NCBI GenBank assembly: GCA_038087875.1
Contig: CM075993.1
Span: 2,234,001 to 2,298,000, forward strand
DNA: 64,000 nt
Direction: 5' to 3'
Source: Malacoraja senta
Lineage: Eukaryota
Position 1 is the stretch's first letter. Every line of letters starts with the position of its first letter. Below, one piece after another: positions 36,441 to 49,304 of the stretch. The position numbers were made by a program, and so were the translations under genes. The notes below the pieces were generated by a model, which saw only the letters and a list, made by a program, of their open reading frames with translations, had not been told where the DNA came from and made no database searches.

Positions 36441-37740
36441 AGAGCTAGACCTAGAGCTGGAGACCCGGGTTCGATCCCGACTACGGGTGCTGGCTGTACA
36501 GAGTTTGTTCATTCTCCCCGTGACCTGCCTGGGTTTTTCCCTGAGATCTTCAGTTTCCTCCCACACTCCAAAGACATACAGGTATATAGATAAATTTGCT
36601 TAGTAAATGTAAATAATGTCCCTAGTGGGTGTTGGATAGTGTTAATATGCGGGGATCGCTGGTCGGCACTGGCCCGGTGTTTCCGCTCTGTATCTCTAAG
36701 CTAAACAAAACAAACATTAAATCATCCCAATGTAGTTGTAAATGTTGTTTTACAAAAAAAGACAAAATTGCTGGAGCATCCCACACTGGTCCCTGTACCT
36801 CACCTCTGGTCACAGACCTCCAACCTGAAAGGATACCAGACATCCCTTTACCTACCAACAGTTAGTCTACTTACCTATCAACCAATTAATCTACCAATCA
36901 ATCTTTACAAGTCGCTATTGAATGTCATCAAAATTAGGCGTTCTCCAATCTAGGACTTTAATTTTGGACCAGTCCTATCTTTCGTCATAACTATTTTTAA
37001 ACAAAAAGAATTTAAGAAATTTGAATTGATCTCTTGAATTTGAATTAAATGATGAATGACTTTCTTTTCTTCCGACTACCTGGATTGTAACATACTGGTG
37101 TTTCTTTTTCCTGCTTTTGAAAATGGGCCCAAAGTCCATGGATTGTCGCATTGATTGAACTTTCCATCGTTCAGTGTGCGTGTCAAGAACTGAAAATTAC
37201 TTCCTTCTCGCACAACCTGTTCATCAGAATGTGATATAATTGAGATACCAGAGGGTGAACACTCCTATCACTATGTATATCGTTCCTTCCCAAACTTCTC
37301 ATTTAATCTTGGCATATTGCTTCCTCCATTTTAAAACACATTTAGTTTACTTTGGACTTTAGACTTACAGCGTGGAATAAGGGCCCTTCGGCCCATAGAG
37401 TCCGCACAGACCCGCAATCGCCCCATACACGAGCACCACCCCACACATTATGGACAATTTACAGAAGCCAATTAACCTACAAATCCGCACATCTTTGGAG
37501 TGTGGTGAACCAAAGAACTGGGACGTGTTTAGGATCCAGCAGCAGAAGACTAAAACGCTCATATGGGAGAAAGGAATGTTGGGAGAGAACTTGAATGTAG
37601 TACAAAAACAAACAGTAAAAGTTTCAATTGATATTGAAACAGAGAAATGTGAGGTGTTGCATTTTGGGATGTATAACATGGGCAGGGCCTACATAGTGAA
37701 TGGTAGGGCTCTGGGGAATGTTGTAGAACAGTGGGATCAG

Positions 37741-39054
37741 TGTAGATGATATGTGCATGTACCTTTAACATAGTGACCTCACCACTACTAACCACTCCCC
37801 ACATCACTGGTATAATTACAACCTTCCCACCCAGTTCTCTCTCTCACAAGGGGGTATTATAGAGCATACAATAAGGCTACCTGTGCCCTATTGGGTTCTT
37901 CCTGAACTGTTTATTGAGCTTGCTTTTCTTCAGGAAAAAGATAAGCGCGAGGTGACTCCAAGAATAGTGGAATATCTTAATTCAATCAGTGAGAGTACTT
38001 TGATTGTTTTTACAGATGGATCTAAAGATCCAGTTAGTGGGAGAGCTGGGTTTGGAGTGTATGTGGAGCAGCTTGGGTTGAAGATTGGCCGGTGCATTTC
38101 TGATGGAAGTTCTGTTCTCACGACTGAATTAATGGCAATTCAATGGGCTCTATGGTGGATTGAGGAAGCCAGTTTTAGAGAAGTCATTATCTGTTCTGAT
38201 TCTGCAGCTGCTCTTGAAACATTAAGAGTAGGGAAATCTAAAGCTCATCCTGACATTCTAAATGAAATCTTGAGTGTATTTTCTAGAATTGGGTTTGCGT
38301 GTAACATTACTTTTTGCTGGGTTCCCGGGCATGCTGGGGTGAGGGGGAATGAGCAGGTGGACCTCATAGCAAAGGAGAGTTTAAGAAGAGAAATAGATAT
38401 CCATGTATCATTGGGGAGAGTGGAACTGAGAGAAATAATTAAAGAGGGCTTAACAAAAGAATGGCAGAGAGGATGGGAAATGGATGTCAGGGGTAGACAC
38501 TACTTTTCTATACAATCTGAAGTTAGGAAAATATGTTTCTGTACATCTCTGTCCCGTAGGGACTCAGTTAAACTGTGTAGATTGAGGTTGGGACACTGTG
38601 GGTTAAATTACTATTTGTGCATTGTAGGGAAACATGTTTCTGGCTTGTGTGAATGTGGGAGTAATGAGACAGTTAAGCATGTTTTCCTAGAATGTAAAAA
38701 GTATAGGGTAGAAAGAAAAGTATTATTTGTTAGACTGACAGGACTTGGAGTTGAGGCTTTTTCTGTTTTATCTTTGTTTGGACACAATGAGAAACATCAA
38801 CTGATATCCAGGGCTGTTCTTCAATTCCTGCAAGTTACAGGACTGTATGTAAGAATTTAGTTCAAACTTTGACTTGTGGAGGGCAGTAATACGCTTAGCA
38901 GCGTCTACACTGCCGGAATCCTACAAGAAGAAGAAGTTCTCTCTCTCTGGTTCCAGTGACAGACCACGGACAGCTAGGGCAGCAAAGTATGTGTATAATG
39001 TGTATTATGATTAAACAGTAGTAAAGATACAGTGCGTTATGACACATCTTTACA
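37741..39054 (+). mobile_element. Possible ~210-bp solo LTR (host of the Nimb-like insertion), itself inside a CR1 fragment
   Basis: TGTA...TACA ends, tataa and attaaa in order; CR1 sequence on both sides; no clear TSD. Confidence 0.45.
37846..38936 (+). mobile_element. 5'-truncated I/Nimb-clade LINE: RNase H + CCHC ORF (37883-38860) with (AAG)n tail
   Basis: FTDGSK, TTELMAI, CSDS, WVPGHAG, GNEQVD; CECG..ETVKHVFLEC; 13-bp TSD agttctctctctc at 37833-37845 and 38935-38947. Confidence 0.9.
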
Positions 39055-40380
39055 GAGTTGCAGGTAGATAAGGTGGTCAAAAAGGCTTTTGGCACATTGG
39101 CCTTCATCAGTCAGAGTATTGAGTATACAAGTTGGGAGGTCATGTTGCAGTTGTATAAGGCGTTGGTGGGTATTGTGTTCAGTACTGGGCACCAAGTTAT
39201 AGGAAATATGTTGTCAAAGGTACAGAAAGGTAAATCTTGTTTGACAAATGTGTTCACATTCTTTGAGGATGTAATGGGGAGAGGCGTGCATTTGTGGTTG
39301 ATAGATTAGTGTATTTCCATTTCTAATTGCATTTGAAAAGGTGCCATGTGGGAGGGTGGTGAAATTAAAAGCCTGTGGTGTAGGAGAAAGTGAGTTACAA
39401 TGGATGGAAATCTGGCTGCCTCATAGAAAACAGGGGTAGAGGCGGAATAAATGCATGCTCTTCAGACCGGGAGGAGGGAACTTGTGGAGCACCACAGGAG
39501 TCAATTCTTGGCCTGCCCATGTTCATTATTTATATCCATGGCCTGGAGGAAGGAGCACCATGCCAGGTTCCCAAATTTACTGATGATAGAAACAATATGT
39601 GGAAGAGCATCTAGTGATAAGGTTTTGCAACAGGATTACAGATAGGTTGAGTGAGTGGGCAAAAGGCAAGCAAATGGAACTTAATGTGAGATGATGCACC
39701 TTGGTAAGATAAATCATAAAGTAAATTAGTAATCTAAATGAAATACTGGGAGATTTAGGTGTTCTAGTGCATAAATCATTTTTTTTTTAAACAGCAGGCA
39801 GGGCCAACAAGTAGTTAAGAAAGCAAATAGGATTTGGGCCTACATTGCAAATGGGATTATAGTTTAAAAATAGGGAAGTTTTGTTGATACAGGGTGCCTC
39901 AGCTGGACCTTATAGTTTTTGATTCCTTCTCTACAGAAAGATATGGCGACGTTAGAGGCATTAGAAAGGAGATTCACCAGGCAAATTCCTGGGATGAGAG
40001 ACATTTCCTACCAAGAGAAACTAAATAGATTGGCCCTGTATACCTTGGAGCTTAGAAATTGAAGAGTGACCTTAGCAAAACACAAGGGGGCTTGACAGAG
40101 TAGATGTTGGGATGAGGGGCATAGCTACAAATAAGAGGTCAGTCATTTAAAACTGAGGTACATTGACATTTCTTCTCTTGGAGGATGAAAATCTCTGAAA
40201 TTATCTGCCTCGGGAGTTATGCAAGAAGTATTTAAAGTGGAGATGAATAAATGTTTGATTGTCCAAGAGGGGTGTGGAGGAATTGAGGCCAACATAGATC
40301 AGCCATGAACATATTAAACGCTGGCACATGTTTGAAAGGTCTGATGGGTTACTCCTTCTCCTACTTGCTTGTGTTCTTGA
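39055..40380 (+). mobile_element. Old degenerate CR1 fragments
   Basis: QVDKVVKKAFG, KSCLTN, KFTDD remnants with stops and frameshifts. Confidence 0.8.
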
Positions 40381-40567
40381 CTCAGTGAATGTGGATAGAG
40401 TAATAGAGCGTGGAAACAGGTTTGGCATCCTGGCTCATTCCCGCTGACCAAGGTAAACTAGCCCCATTAGCTCACACTTGGTCCCTATCCCTCCAAGTCG
40501 TATCTACATAATACAAGTGGCATTGAAGGTTAACACTTATAGTTTAATTACAAAGTAAAGAGTACAT

Positions 40568-40573
40568 TTTATT
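40568..40573 (-). terminator. Candidate DUOX polyadenylation signal AATAAA (~320 nt after stop)
   Basis: tttatt on plus strand; first canonical hexamer I found downstream of the stop. Confidence 0.55.
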
Positions 40574-40895
40574 CTGGATGCTGTCTTAACATTTTGAGGG
40601 GAATTTTCCATCACATCTTTCATCAATGTTTACACTAGAAAAGTGCATTATTTCAGCAAATCATTTGACTTTACATTCTTCTGTGCAGGTGCTTACAATT
40701 GAAACGTAATTTTCAAAAAGGTTAAAGTCAGATTTACAGATCCCAGTGAAAGATCAGTCACATGCAATAATAACATAAGCTACCACAGTGAGTGAAGGAC
40801 GCAAACATTTTCAAACTGTGCAAAGTATTCCTTCACTTTAAGGAAGATTTATAAAGTGTAATTTTTCAGAAGTTTCACGTAGAAGGTTTGTTCGG

Positions 40896-41018
40896 TTAGA
40901 AGTTCTCGAAGTGATGATTAAATTGGATTTTGTGCCGCTTGTTCATTTGTTTGCAAGCTTTTTCCACATTGTTGGTCATCCCAGGAGGTCCGCAACTAAA
41001 TATCCCAATCTTGGTAAC
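40896..41018 (-). CDS. DUOX: DUOX last coding exon: [40 protein letters not shown]
   Basis: 123 bp including TAA; FSCGP and terminal HxENF NOX motifs. Confidence 0.97.
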   Translation of the reverse strand, partial: VTKIGIFSCGPPGMTNNVEKACKQMNKRHKIQFNHHFENF

Positions 41019-41803
41019 CTGATCAATGAACAACAAATACATTATACTGAGAAGCACTTCACAATTCCCTCAGTTATCCTGGATCAATTCAATCAATTAT
41101 TATCTAATCGACATTCTCCTTCAGCTCGATGATCTTTTTCTGTTGCAAAGTTTTACATCAGTTTTATTGACAGTAATCCATTGTTTCTCTGAACTTTCCT
41201 TTCTCGATCTCCAGAGCTCCAAATGCCTTTCCTCATTCCTACTGGCGACACGTACGAAGTATAACAATACCTGACTATAATTAGTCAGACTCTTACATCA
41301 CAGAAACAGGCCCCATGATCAAACTAGTTCATGGCAACCAAGATTCCCCATCTAAGCTAGGCCATTTGCCTAAGTTTGGCCCATTTCCCTCTCAACCTTT
41401 CCTATCCATGTACCTGTCCAAATGTCTTTTAAATGCTGTTATACTACTGCCTCATCTACTTCCATGTAACACCACCCTCCGTGGGAAAATGTTGCACCTC
41501 AGCTTCCTATTATATCTTATCCCTCTCACCTTAAACCTTTGTAGTCTGGTTCCTGATTCCCTTACACTGTGCATTTACATCAATCTTTATTAATCATTGT
41601 ATTCTTCCTATTTACCATGTCAGATTCAGTCTGAATTAGAATCATGGAATCATACAGTACAGGAACAGTATCTTTGGTCCACCACGTTAATGCTGGCCAT
41701 TCAAATATTCTGATAAAATTACAAGTTTAGTTTAGTTTATTGTCACATGTCACCGAGGTACAGTGAAAAGCTTTTGTGTGCTAACCAGTCAGTGGAAAGA
41801 CAA

Positions 41804-41821
41804 TCTATCTATCTATATTTA

Positions 41822-41857
<36 letters not shown>

Positions 41858-42206
41858 CTGCCTGTCTTGTGGGTACCAGGCTTTGATTCATTGCTACGCC
41901 AACACCACACGCAGAAACGCCGAGATTTGTTCCATTTCGGTAGAGATTTCACTTTTCATTCCAAGTATCCACTCTGATTAAATTTCGTCGTGTTTATGTA
42001 CACATTTTTAATAAAATCCTTCTCCCCCCCCCCCCCACTCATTTTGTCTCCTCCTGCTGGCCAGCCACCATAACGGCTGCTGCCGCCCGGCTCTGCTCCA
42101 AAAACGACGCCTTTTTTTTTCTTTAGCTGAAGCACGTTCAGGAACCAGACCCCGGGGTCTGAAGCACGTTCGGGGTCCAGACCCAACGGGTCTGCTCTTG
42201 GTCTAG
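41804..42206 (+). mobile_element. Non-autonomous Helitron-like element
   Basis: Inserted A|T, starts TC, ends CTAG, with hairpin cagaccc-aac-gggtctg (42178-42194) 8 nt before CTAG; no TSD. Confidence 0.8.
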
Positions 42207-42309
42207 TATGTGATTAAAATCGAGCCATCCACAGTTTACATGATAAATAATGGAATTGATCATGTAAATCAGGGAATAATGTGGAGAACGTTTAGTGCAA
42301 GATAAAGTC

Positions 42310-42703
42310 CAAAGATCCTATAGCGGAGCAAGATAGACCACTCCCGCTAAATGCAATGGGCTGATGTGTAGTACGCAACGGAGCGGAACGTGGGCCTTTT
42401 TTTCATCCATTTCAGTAACCCGACCCGACTCGCGGGGGAATCAACGTTGCGGGGAACAGTTTGTGTTAATAAATTATAATCTGAAAATGAGGAGAAGATT
42501 TTTACAAAGAACTTTTATTTTTATGAGGATGTTCCCGTAACCGGCTTCCGTCTCCGCACTAGTATCTTTGTTCCGCTACGGGATCTTTGGTGCGGAGACG
42601 GAAGCCGGTTACGGAAATGGGGCCGAAAATTACCCATGAATCTGCCCATGACCGTACTACGTCTTTTTCGTCGAGGGCTATCTTCCTCGCTATAAGATCT
42701 TTG
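42310..42703. mobile_element. hAT-type MITE
   Basis: TIRs caaagatc(c/t)tatagcg; 8-bp TSD ataaagtc/gtaaagtc (7/8 identical). Confidence 0.8.
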
Positions 42704-43859
42704 GTAAAGTCTGACCAAAGATAGCCTGAGGGTCTCCAATGAGGTAGATAGTAGTTCAGGACTGCTCACTTGTCCTGAACTACTATCTACCTCATTGGAG
42801 ACCCTTGGACTATCTTTGGTTAGGTTTGGCTTGGGTAGTGGTGTGTTGGACCAGCATAATACTTCACCAGTGTCAAGATGAAAATGTGCATGTTCAGTAA
42901 TAATAAAGTCTCCTGATATTTCAAATGCATTTTTCTAAACTAATGTGAATTATTCAGAAATTTGAATTAGTAATACCATTGCCATTCTTGATTAATATTG
43001 GTGTGTCATACTCAACAGGCCAACCCATGGTGATCAGATCAGGTCATTGAAAGTGTTATTAATATTTTGGTGCAAGTCACGTTCAGGTTGGTTGAGGTTG
43101 GATTGGATTTTAATGTTATTTCCAGGCACCAATTCCTGTATCGTCATGGGTTGACATTGTGATTTAATGCAACATTTCCTCCAATAATTCATTTGCTGGG
43201 AGCAGTATTAAATTCAGAGGCCATCAATATAAGAAAATTGACAATCAATCCTGCAGAGAATTCAGGCTAAACATGTTTTTCCTTGAGTGCAGTGTAGCTC
43301 CACGTGTGGTGCTGCCACGGAGTTGAATCCATGTCTTGAGATTTGCACAGGAAGAAGAAAGGAATAACAGGATATGCTGATAGAGTTAGGTGAAGAGGAA
43401 TCAAAGCAGTTCATCTGAGGTATAAATGTTGGATGGTATCAATTAGGCTTTTTATTTTATTCAACTGCTTTCCTTGCTTTGTCAATTCATATCATGGAAT
43501 CATAGTATGGAAACAGGCCCTTTGGCCCAACTTGTCCATGCTGACCAAGTGCCCCATCTAAACTAGTCCATTTGCCCATGCTTGGCCCATATCCCTCTAA
43601 ACCTTTCCTTTGCTGATACCTGACTAAATGCCTTTTAAATGTTGTTATTTTACCTGCCTTAGCTACTTCCATTTCCAATACCAGCTCGTTCCATTTACCA
43701 CCACCCTCTGCCCCCCCTTCCTATTAATTCGTAGATCCATTTAAAATTGCCTTATCAAATCAATGCATTTCTTGAAATGTTGTTGAAATGGCAATGCGTG
43801 CTATGGTGGCGGCTGGATATGTTAAACCACGGCTGCAGAACTGCAGATCATTTACTCAC

Positions 43860-43988
43860 CTCAGGGTGCACATCCACAAGTGAATTAAAGAACGGGACAA
43901 ATTGAGGACGTCCAAAGTGTGTGATGGATTGAAGTCCGGTGAACAAGCTACGATTTGACACCTTCTGAAAGTGACGTTCACAGATGTA
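43860..43988 (-). CDS. DUOX: DUOX exon: [43 protein letters not shown]
   Basis: 129 bp, ctag acceptor and gtgagt donor; THFGRP motif. Confidence 0.97.
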
Positions 43989-44352
43989 CTAGACCAAAAG
44001 AAAAAGATCATTTACTTTAGTCCAGAAAATAGGGAGAAAGTACAAATAATAGATTATCAATGTGTAGGAAGGAACAGCAGATGCTGGTTTACACCAAAGA
44101 TAGACACAAATTGCTGGAGTAACTCATTGGGACAGGCAGCATCTCTGGATAGAAGGATGGGTGACATTTCTTTGGCGTTAAATGAGCTTGAGTTTACCTT
44201 TTGACATGATATTTTGCTGGTTGAGACCCTGTGAGTTTGTAGAAGGGTCGCGACAGTTAGAGTGTGAGGTGAGAGTTTCAGCAGTAGACCTCCAGAGGCA
44301 GGGGCGGAGCTGGGAATGGTGCTTGAGAGAGGTTAAAGTTCTAGGGTGGCAA

Positions 44353-44668
44353 AGGCGGCACGGTGGCGCAGCGGTAGAGTCGCTGCCTTACAGCGCTTGC
44401 AGCGCCAAAGACCCGGGTTCGATCCTGACTACGGGTGCTGTCTGTACGGAGTTTGTACGTTCTCCCCCTGACCGCTTGGGTTTTCTCCGAGATCTTCGGT
44501 TTCTCCCACACTCCAAAGACGTACAGGTTTGCAGTTAATTGCTTGGGGTATAAATGTAAATTGTCCCTAGTGTGTGTAGGATAGTGCTAGTGTATGGGGA
44601 TCACTGGTCGGTGCGGACTCGGTGGGCCGACGGGCCTGTTTCCGAGCTGTGTTTCTAACTAAACTAAA
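44353..44668 (+). mobile_element. HE1-like SINE (DUOX intron)
   Basis: ggcggcacggtggcgcagcggtagag ... ggttcgatcc ... ctaactaaactaaa. Confidence 0.9.
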
Positions 44669-44721
44669 TCCCAGTTCAAAAATAAATTCATAAAAGTTAT
44701 GGTGGCCCAAATGTTGCCTAC

Positions 44722-44877
44722 AAGCATGGTGGTCCGCAGGTCGAACTTCTGTGCGAGCTGGGTGATGTAGATATGGACAGAAACCAGGGATTTTTGATCA
44801 AAGTCTTCAACTTCACGGATGATATCTTCCAGCCATTCAAACTGCCTCTGTGTCCGAGTCACCCAGATAAAATAGAT
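44722..44877 (-). CDS. DUOX: DUOX exon: [24 protein letters not shown]...[18 protein letters not shown]
   Basis: 156 bp, [19 protein letters not shown] and KFDLRTTML. Confidence 0.98.
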
Positions 44878-45014
44878 CTGCCAATGAAGAGATTGACGCA
44901 GTTATGAAGATCCAAAACAAAAAACCAAAATTCACCAAAGTACACAGCTCAATTTGATTGTCCAATTTGCAAATTCATACTGATTCAAAGTTGATTTGTA
45001 ATCTCACCAGTCAC

Positions 45015-45325
45015 TCCCTTATTCTTCCCTCTCCCATCAGGCAAGAGGTACAGAAGTTTGAAAACGCACACCTCCAGATTCAGGGAATGTTTCTTCCCTG
45101 CTGTTATCGGGCAAACTGAATCATCCTCTCATCAGCTAGAGTGTGTTCCTGACCTCCCACCTACCTCACTGAGACCACTGAACTATTGTTAATTGGACTT
45201 TATCTTACACTAAATGTTGTCTCCTTTATCCCGTGAACAGCTTGATCGTATTCTTTGACTGGATACACGGAAACAAGAGCTTTTCACGGTACCTTGCTAC
45301 ATGCGATGATTATTAACTAAATTAG
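45015..45325 (+). mobile_element. Rex1/Babar-like LINE 3' fragment
   Basis: PLPSGKRYRSLKTHTSRFR..FFP remnant plus 3' UTR. Confidence 0.7.
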
Positions 45326-47058
45326 ACATTTGTAAAGGGCTAATATCTCAGTCTGGTAGATAAAGTGATGTGTAGCCTGCTGCCCATAAATAACGCAAAA
45401 CTACCCTACACTCACTTCAATTTTCACTGCTTTGAAAAGTAATGATGACAGCTCAAACCTTCAAGGCGGAACTAGTAAATATGTTTGAGAAGCAAACTTA
45501 CAGGACATTGAAGAAAGTTTCAAGTTCACACAGAGACAAGGCTAACTCTTAATCTCGTGTTGCGTATGGGATCAATATTAACCTCTGTGCCCACATACTT
45601 TGTAGGGCAAGATTTAAACAAGCAGAGTTTATACCACGTGTGATTTAAAAAAAAAAGTTATTTCCCAGAATATTAAAGGAGTAACATGGAGATGCAAGGG
45701 ACTGCAGATGCTGGAATCTTAAGCAAAACATAAGGTTCTTGAGGAACCCAGCGGGTCAGGCAGCACCTGGGGAGAGAATGCACAGGTGACGGTTTGGGTC
45801 GAGACCCTTATTCAGACTAATTGTAGTAGAGGTGAGAAAGCTGGAAAAGAGAGGTGGGATAGGATAAGATGAGTATGAAGAAACAGCAGATACAGATTTA
45901 CGCCGTGGACACAAAATGCTGGAGTAGCTCAGCGGGACAGGCTGCATGTCTGGAGAGAAGGAATGGGTGACGTTTCAGGTGGAGACCCTTCTTCAAAGCC
46001 CAGCAAGTGATATGTGGATACAGGTGAGGAGGTGTTTGAGTAAGATTCAGTCCAGATGAAGGGTTCTGACTTGTAACATCAATCCTTTTCCTTCATCAGA
46101 CACTGCAGGAGCTGCTTAGATCTTCAAGACGATTATTTGTTACTATTAAACAAATAAAGCAGTTTAAAGTTCATTACATACAGATGTTTTGATTAGGTTC
46201 CAGGAATTGAATGAATGCTACATTCACTGCAAACTATAAAGAATAAAGGAAGTCCCAGTGGAGAAAACTATTTTAATTGCGTTTAGGTTTATATCCGTGT
46301 CATTCAATAGGGTGGAGAAGGAATCCTACGTGGATTATGTTCACTGTTTTTGGAAATGACAGCTAATATTCTAAATCTATCACGTACAAGGAACTATCAG
46401 AACGTGAAAAAAAAACAAATGAATCTGCTTATCATGTTATTGTAATGCACTGCTTTCTCTGGAAGCAGAAACGACACAATGGAAGGCTGTGATAATATAA
46501 TGAACACAAAGATGGCACTGTGATATGGCATTTCTCACAACTTAAATCAATGTCGTTAAATCACTGATTTCATCACTGAGTCTTAAGTTAGGGTGTGAGT
46601 GGTGACACGGGGTTACTGAGCCAAATAAGTCCCATGAAAAGAAAAAAAACGTTTGCCTGTCCCGCTGAGTTACTCCAGGTTTTGTGTCTATCTTTGGTTT
46701 GTATGTTAATTGATTTCTATAAATTGCCCTTAGGAAGTAGGATAGAGCTAGTGTATGGGTGATTGTAGGTCAGCACGGTCTCGGTGGGCCGAAGGGCATG
46801 TTTCCACACTGTATCTCTAAACTAAATTAAACTAAGATAAACACAACCTTCAGGGGGGAAGGGGAAAGAAATTGGAGAAAATAAGCCATTATTTTTATTG
46901 AATATCTCAAGATGCTGTGTCAGCACACAATTAATGAGATTAGACACAAAATGCTGGAGTAACTCAGCGGGACAGGAAGCATCTCTGGAGAGAAGGAATG
47001 GATTGGGTTGAGTTTCGGGTCGAGACCCTTCTTCAGCGTTTAACAAGCTTGAATTTAC

Positions 47059-47217
47059 CTTTTTGCAGGATATTTTGCTGCTGGCTGTTGATTTGTGGAC
47101 CAGATCTTTGAGGATGGATGCGAAAGGAGTCACACCAATTCCACCTCCGACCAACACAGAGACTTCAAACTTGTTCCACTCTTGGTGGCCTTCCCCAAAA
47201 GGACCATCTAGGTAGAT
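47059..47217 (-). CDS. DUOX: DUOX exon, NADPH-binding: [40 protein letters not shown]...SCKK
   Basis: 159 bp, AG/GT; DGPFG and GGGIGVTPF. Confidence 0.98.
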
Positions 47218-48228
47218 CTGAAAGGAAAAGTTCTCAATTTCAATTATTGCTCTCAAACACTGCCTTTCTTTGGCAGTTTGCCATTTATAAGCCATTTATG
47301 GCTTTCATTATGTCAGATGCTCCTTAAAGGGTGAGGGTGGTGTAGGGAAAGGAAAGTCAGAGGGTGGTGAATCTGTGGAATTCTTTGCCACAGAAGGCCG
47401 CGGAGGCCAAGTCAATGGATATTTTTAAAGGCAAAGATAGATTCTTGATTAGTACGAGTGTCAAGGGTTATGGGGAGAAGGCAGGAGAATGGGGTTGAGA
47501 GGGAGAGATAGATCAGCCACGATTGAATGGCAGAGTAAACTTGATGGGCCGAATGGCCAAATTCTGCTGCTATGAACTCGTGAACATATCTTTCTAACCA
47601 AAAATTTACTCACTCGTTTGCAGCCACATACAGTATCTTCGTTAGATTGAGTGTTAAACCTTACTTCACACACATCTGTGCTTCACTTTAATATGTTTAG
47701 CTACAATAATCATGATATATAATTGCCATTGTGATGGTTCCCCTGAAATCCCATTGGGTTGAGGGCTTTGCTGCAAGTGCCTGACTCCACTCTTCCCATT
47801 CTTTCGCTAATCAGGCCGACCAGAGAGCTGGGTTCAATCCTGATCTCGGGCATTGCCTAGGTGTGGAGCTTGCACCTTCCCCCTCTGTGACCGCATGGGT
47901 TTCTTCCGGGTGCTCTGGTTTCCTCCCACGTCCCAGAGACATGCGGGTTCAGAGGTCAATTGGCCCTCTTGTAAAATTGCCCGCAGTTTGTAGGGAGTGG
48001 CTGAGAAAGTGGGATAACCAAGAAATGGTGTGAGCAGATGATCGATGGTCAGCGTGGAATGGATGGGCCGAAGGGCCTGTTTCCATGCTGTATCTCTAAA
48101 CTCTAAATAATAACCTATTGATCATTTGGAGATTTCCTTCTGTTTTGGGAAATAGCTCCTACTGGAAATATTAGACTTTATAAATTTCCCAAATTGCGGT
48201 CAAAGATAAAGTGCAGTAGTCTGCTTAC

Positions 48229-48461
48229 CTTTGGGTAGCCACCAAGAGACGAAACACTTTCAGCTGAGTATATTTCCCGTAAACGCATTGTCCAGGGTCC
48301 CACAGCCCGGATGTGAAGGCTGAGGGTATCTTCATGAGGCGCTGATGTCAAGGTGAAGGGATGGTATTCGTTTGTTCCCAAAGCAAGGCTCGCAATACGC
48401 ACCCATTGACCAGACATGTACTCAAAATCTCTGGGCCGTTTAAATACGAGGTTAGTAACGC
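48229..48461 (-). CDS. DUOX: DUOX exon, FAD-binding: VTNLVFKRP...SGQWVRIA...[27 protein letters not shown]...GGYPK
   Basis: 233 bp, AG/GT; HPFT and GPWT motifs. Confidence 0.98.
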
Positions 48462-48919
48462 CTACAAAAGAAAAATGTGATTGATGTCTTTTGATGCTTC
48501 CATTGGCAAAATTCACATTTTTATAAACAGCAACAAATGTCAACTTGTTCAATGAATTATTCTGTGGAACTTAATGAAATGTCTCAACCCCGTTCTGTTG
48601 GGTTAGTTGGTGTGGAGTTTACACATTTTCACTGTGACCAAGCGGGTTTCCCCTGGATGGTCCCGTTTCCTCCCACATTCCAAAGGCGTGCGGGTTTGTA
48701 GGTTAATTGACCCTCTGTAAATTGCCCCTAGCTTCTAGAGAATGTGAGGTAACATAGAACTCGTTGGGATGGGTGGTCAGCATGGACTCGATGGGCCAAA
48801 GTGCCTGTCTCCACGACAATATTAAACTAATCTAAAGCAAGCACACAGGCGAAAGCCACAATTAATGCCAATCCTGGATAGGTAAAAGGAATGACATTTT
48901 ATAAACAGGTATTTCAGGA

Positions 48920-49304
48920 CAGGTATCTCATTGAAACATATAAGATTGTTAAGGGCTTGGACACGCTAGAGGCAGGAAACATGTTCCCGATGTTGGGGGA
49001 GTCCAGAACCAGGGGCCAGAGTTTAAGAATAAGGAGTAAGCCATTTAGAACAGAGACGAGGAAACACTTTTTCTCACAGAGAGTGGTGAGTCTGTGGAAT
49101 TCTCTGCCTCAGAGGGCGGTGGAGGCAGGTTCTCTGGATGCTTTCAAGATGAGCTAGATAGGGCTCTTAAAGATAGCGGAGTCAGGGGATATGGGGAGAA
49201 GGCAGGAACGGGGTACTGATTGGGGATGATCAGCCATGATCATATTGAATGGCGGTGCTGGCTCGAAGGGCCGAATGGCCTTCTCCTGCACCTATTGTCT
49301 ATTG
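48920..49304 (+). mobile_element. CR1 3' fragment
   Basis: LIETYKIVKGLD...FFSQRVVSLWNSLP; tail ctattgtctattg. Confidence 0.9.

Noticed and set aside
36875..36995. Minus-strand segment with good donor and acceptor
   Set aside because: Stops in the frames read; resembles a decayed CR1 ORF2 (IVMTKDRTGPK…)
37883..38860. Host RNase H1 gene or domesticated gene
   Set aside because: Intronless, 5'-truncated, with CCHC motif, (AAG)n tail and TSD, i.e. a LINE copy
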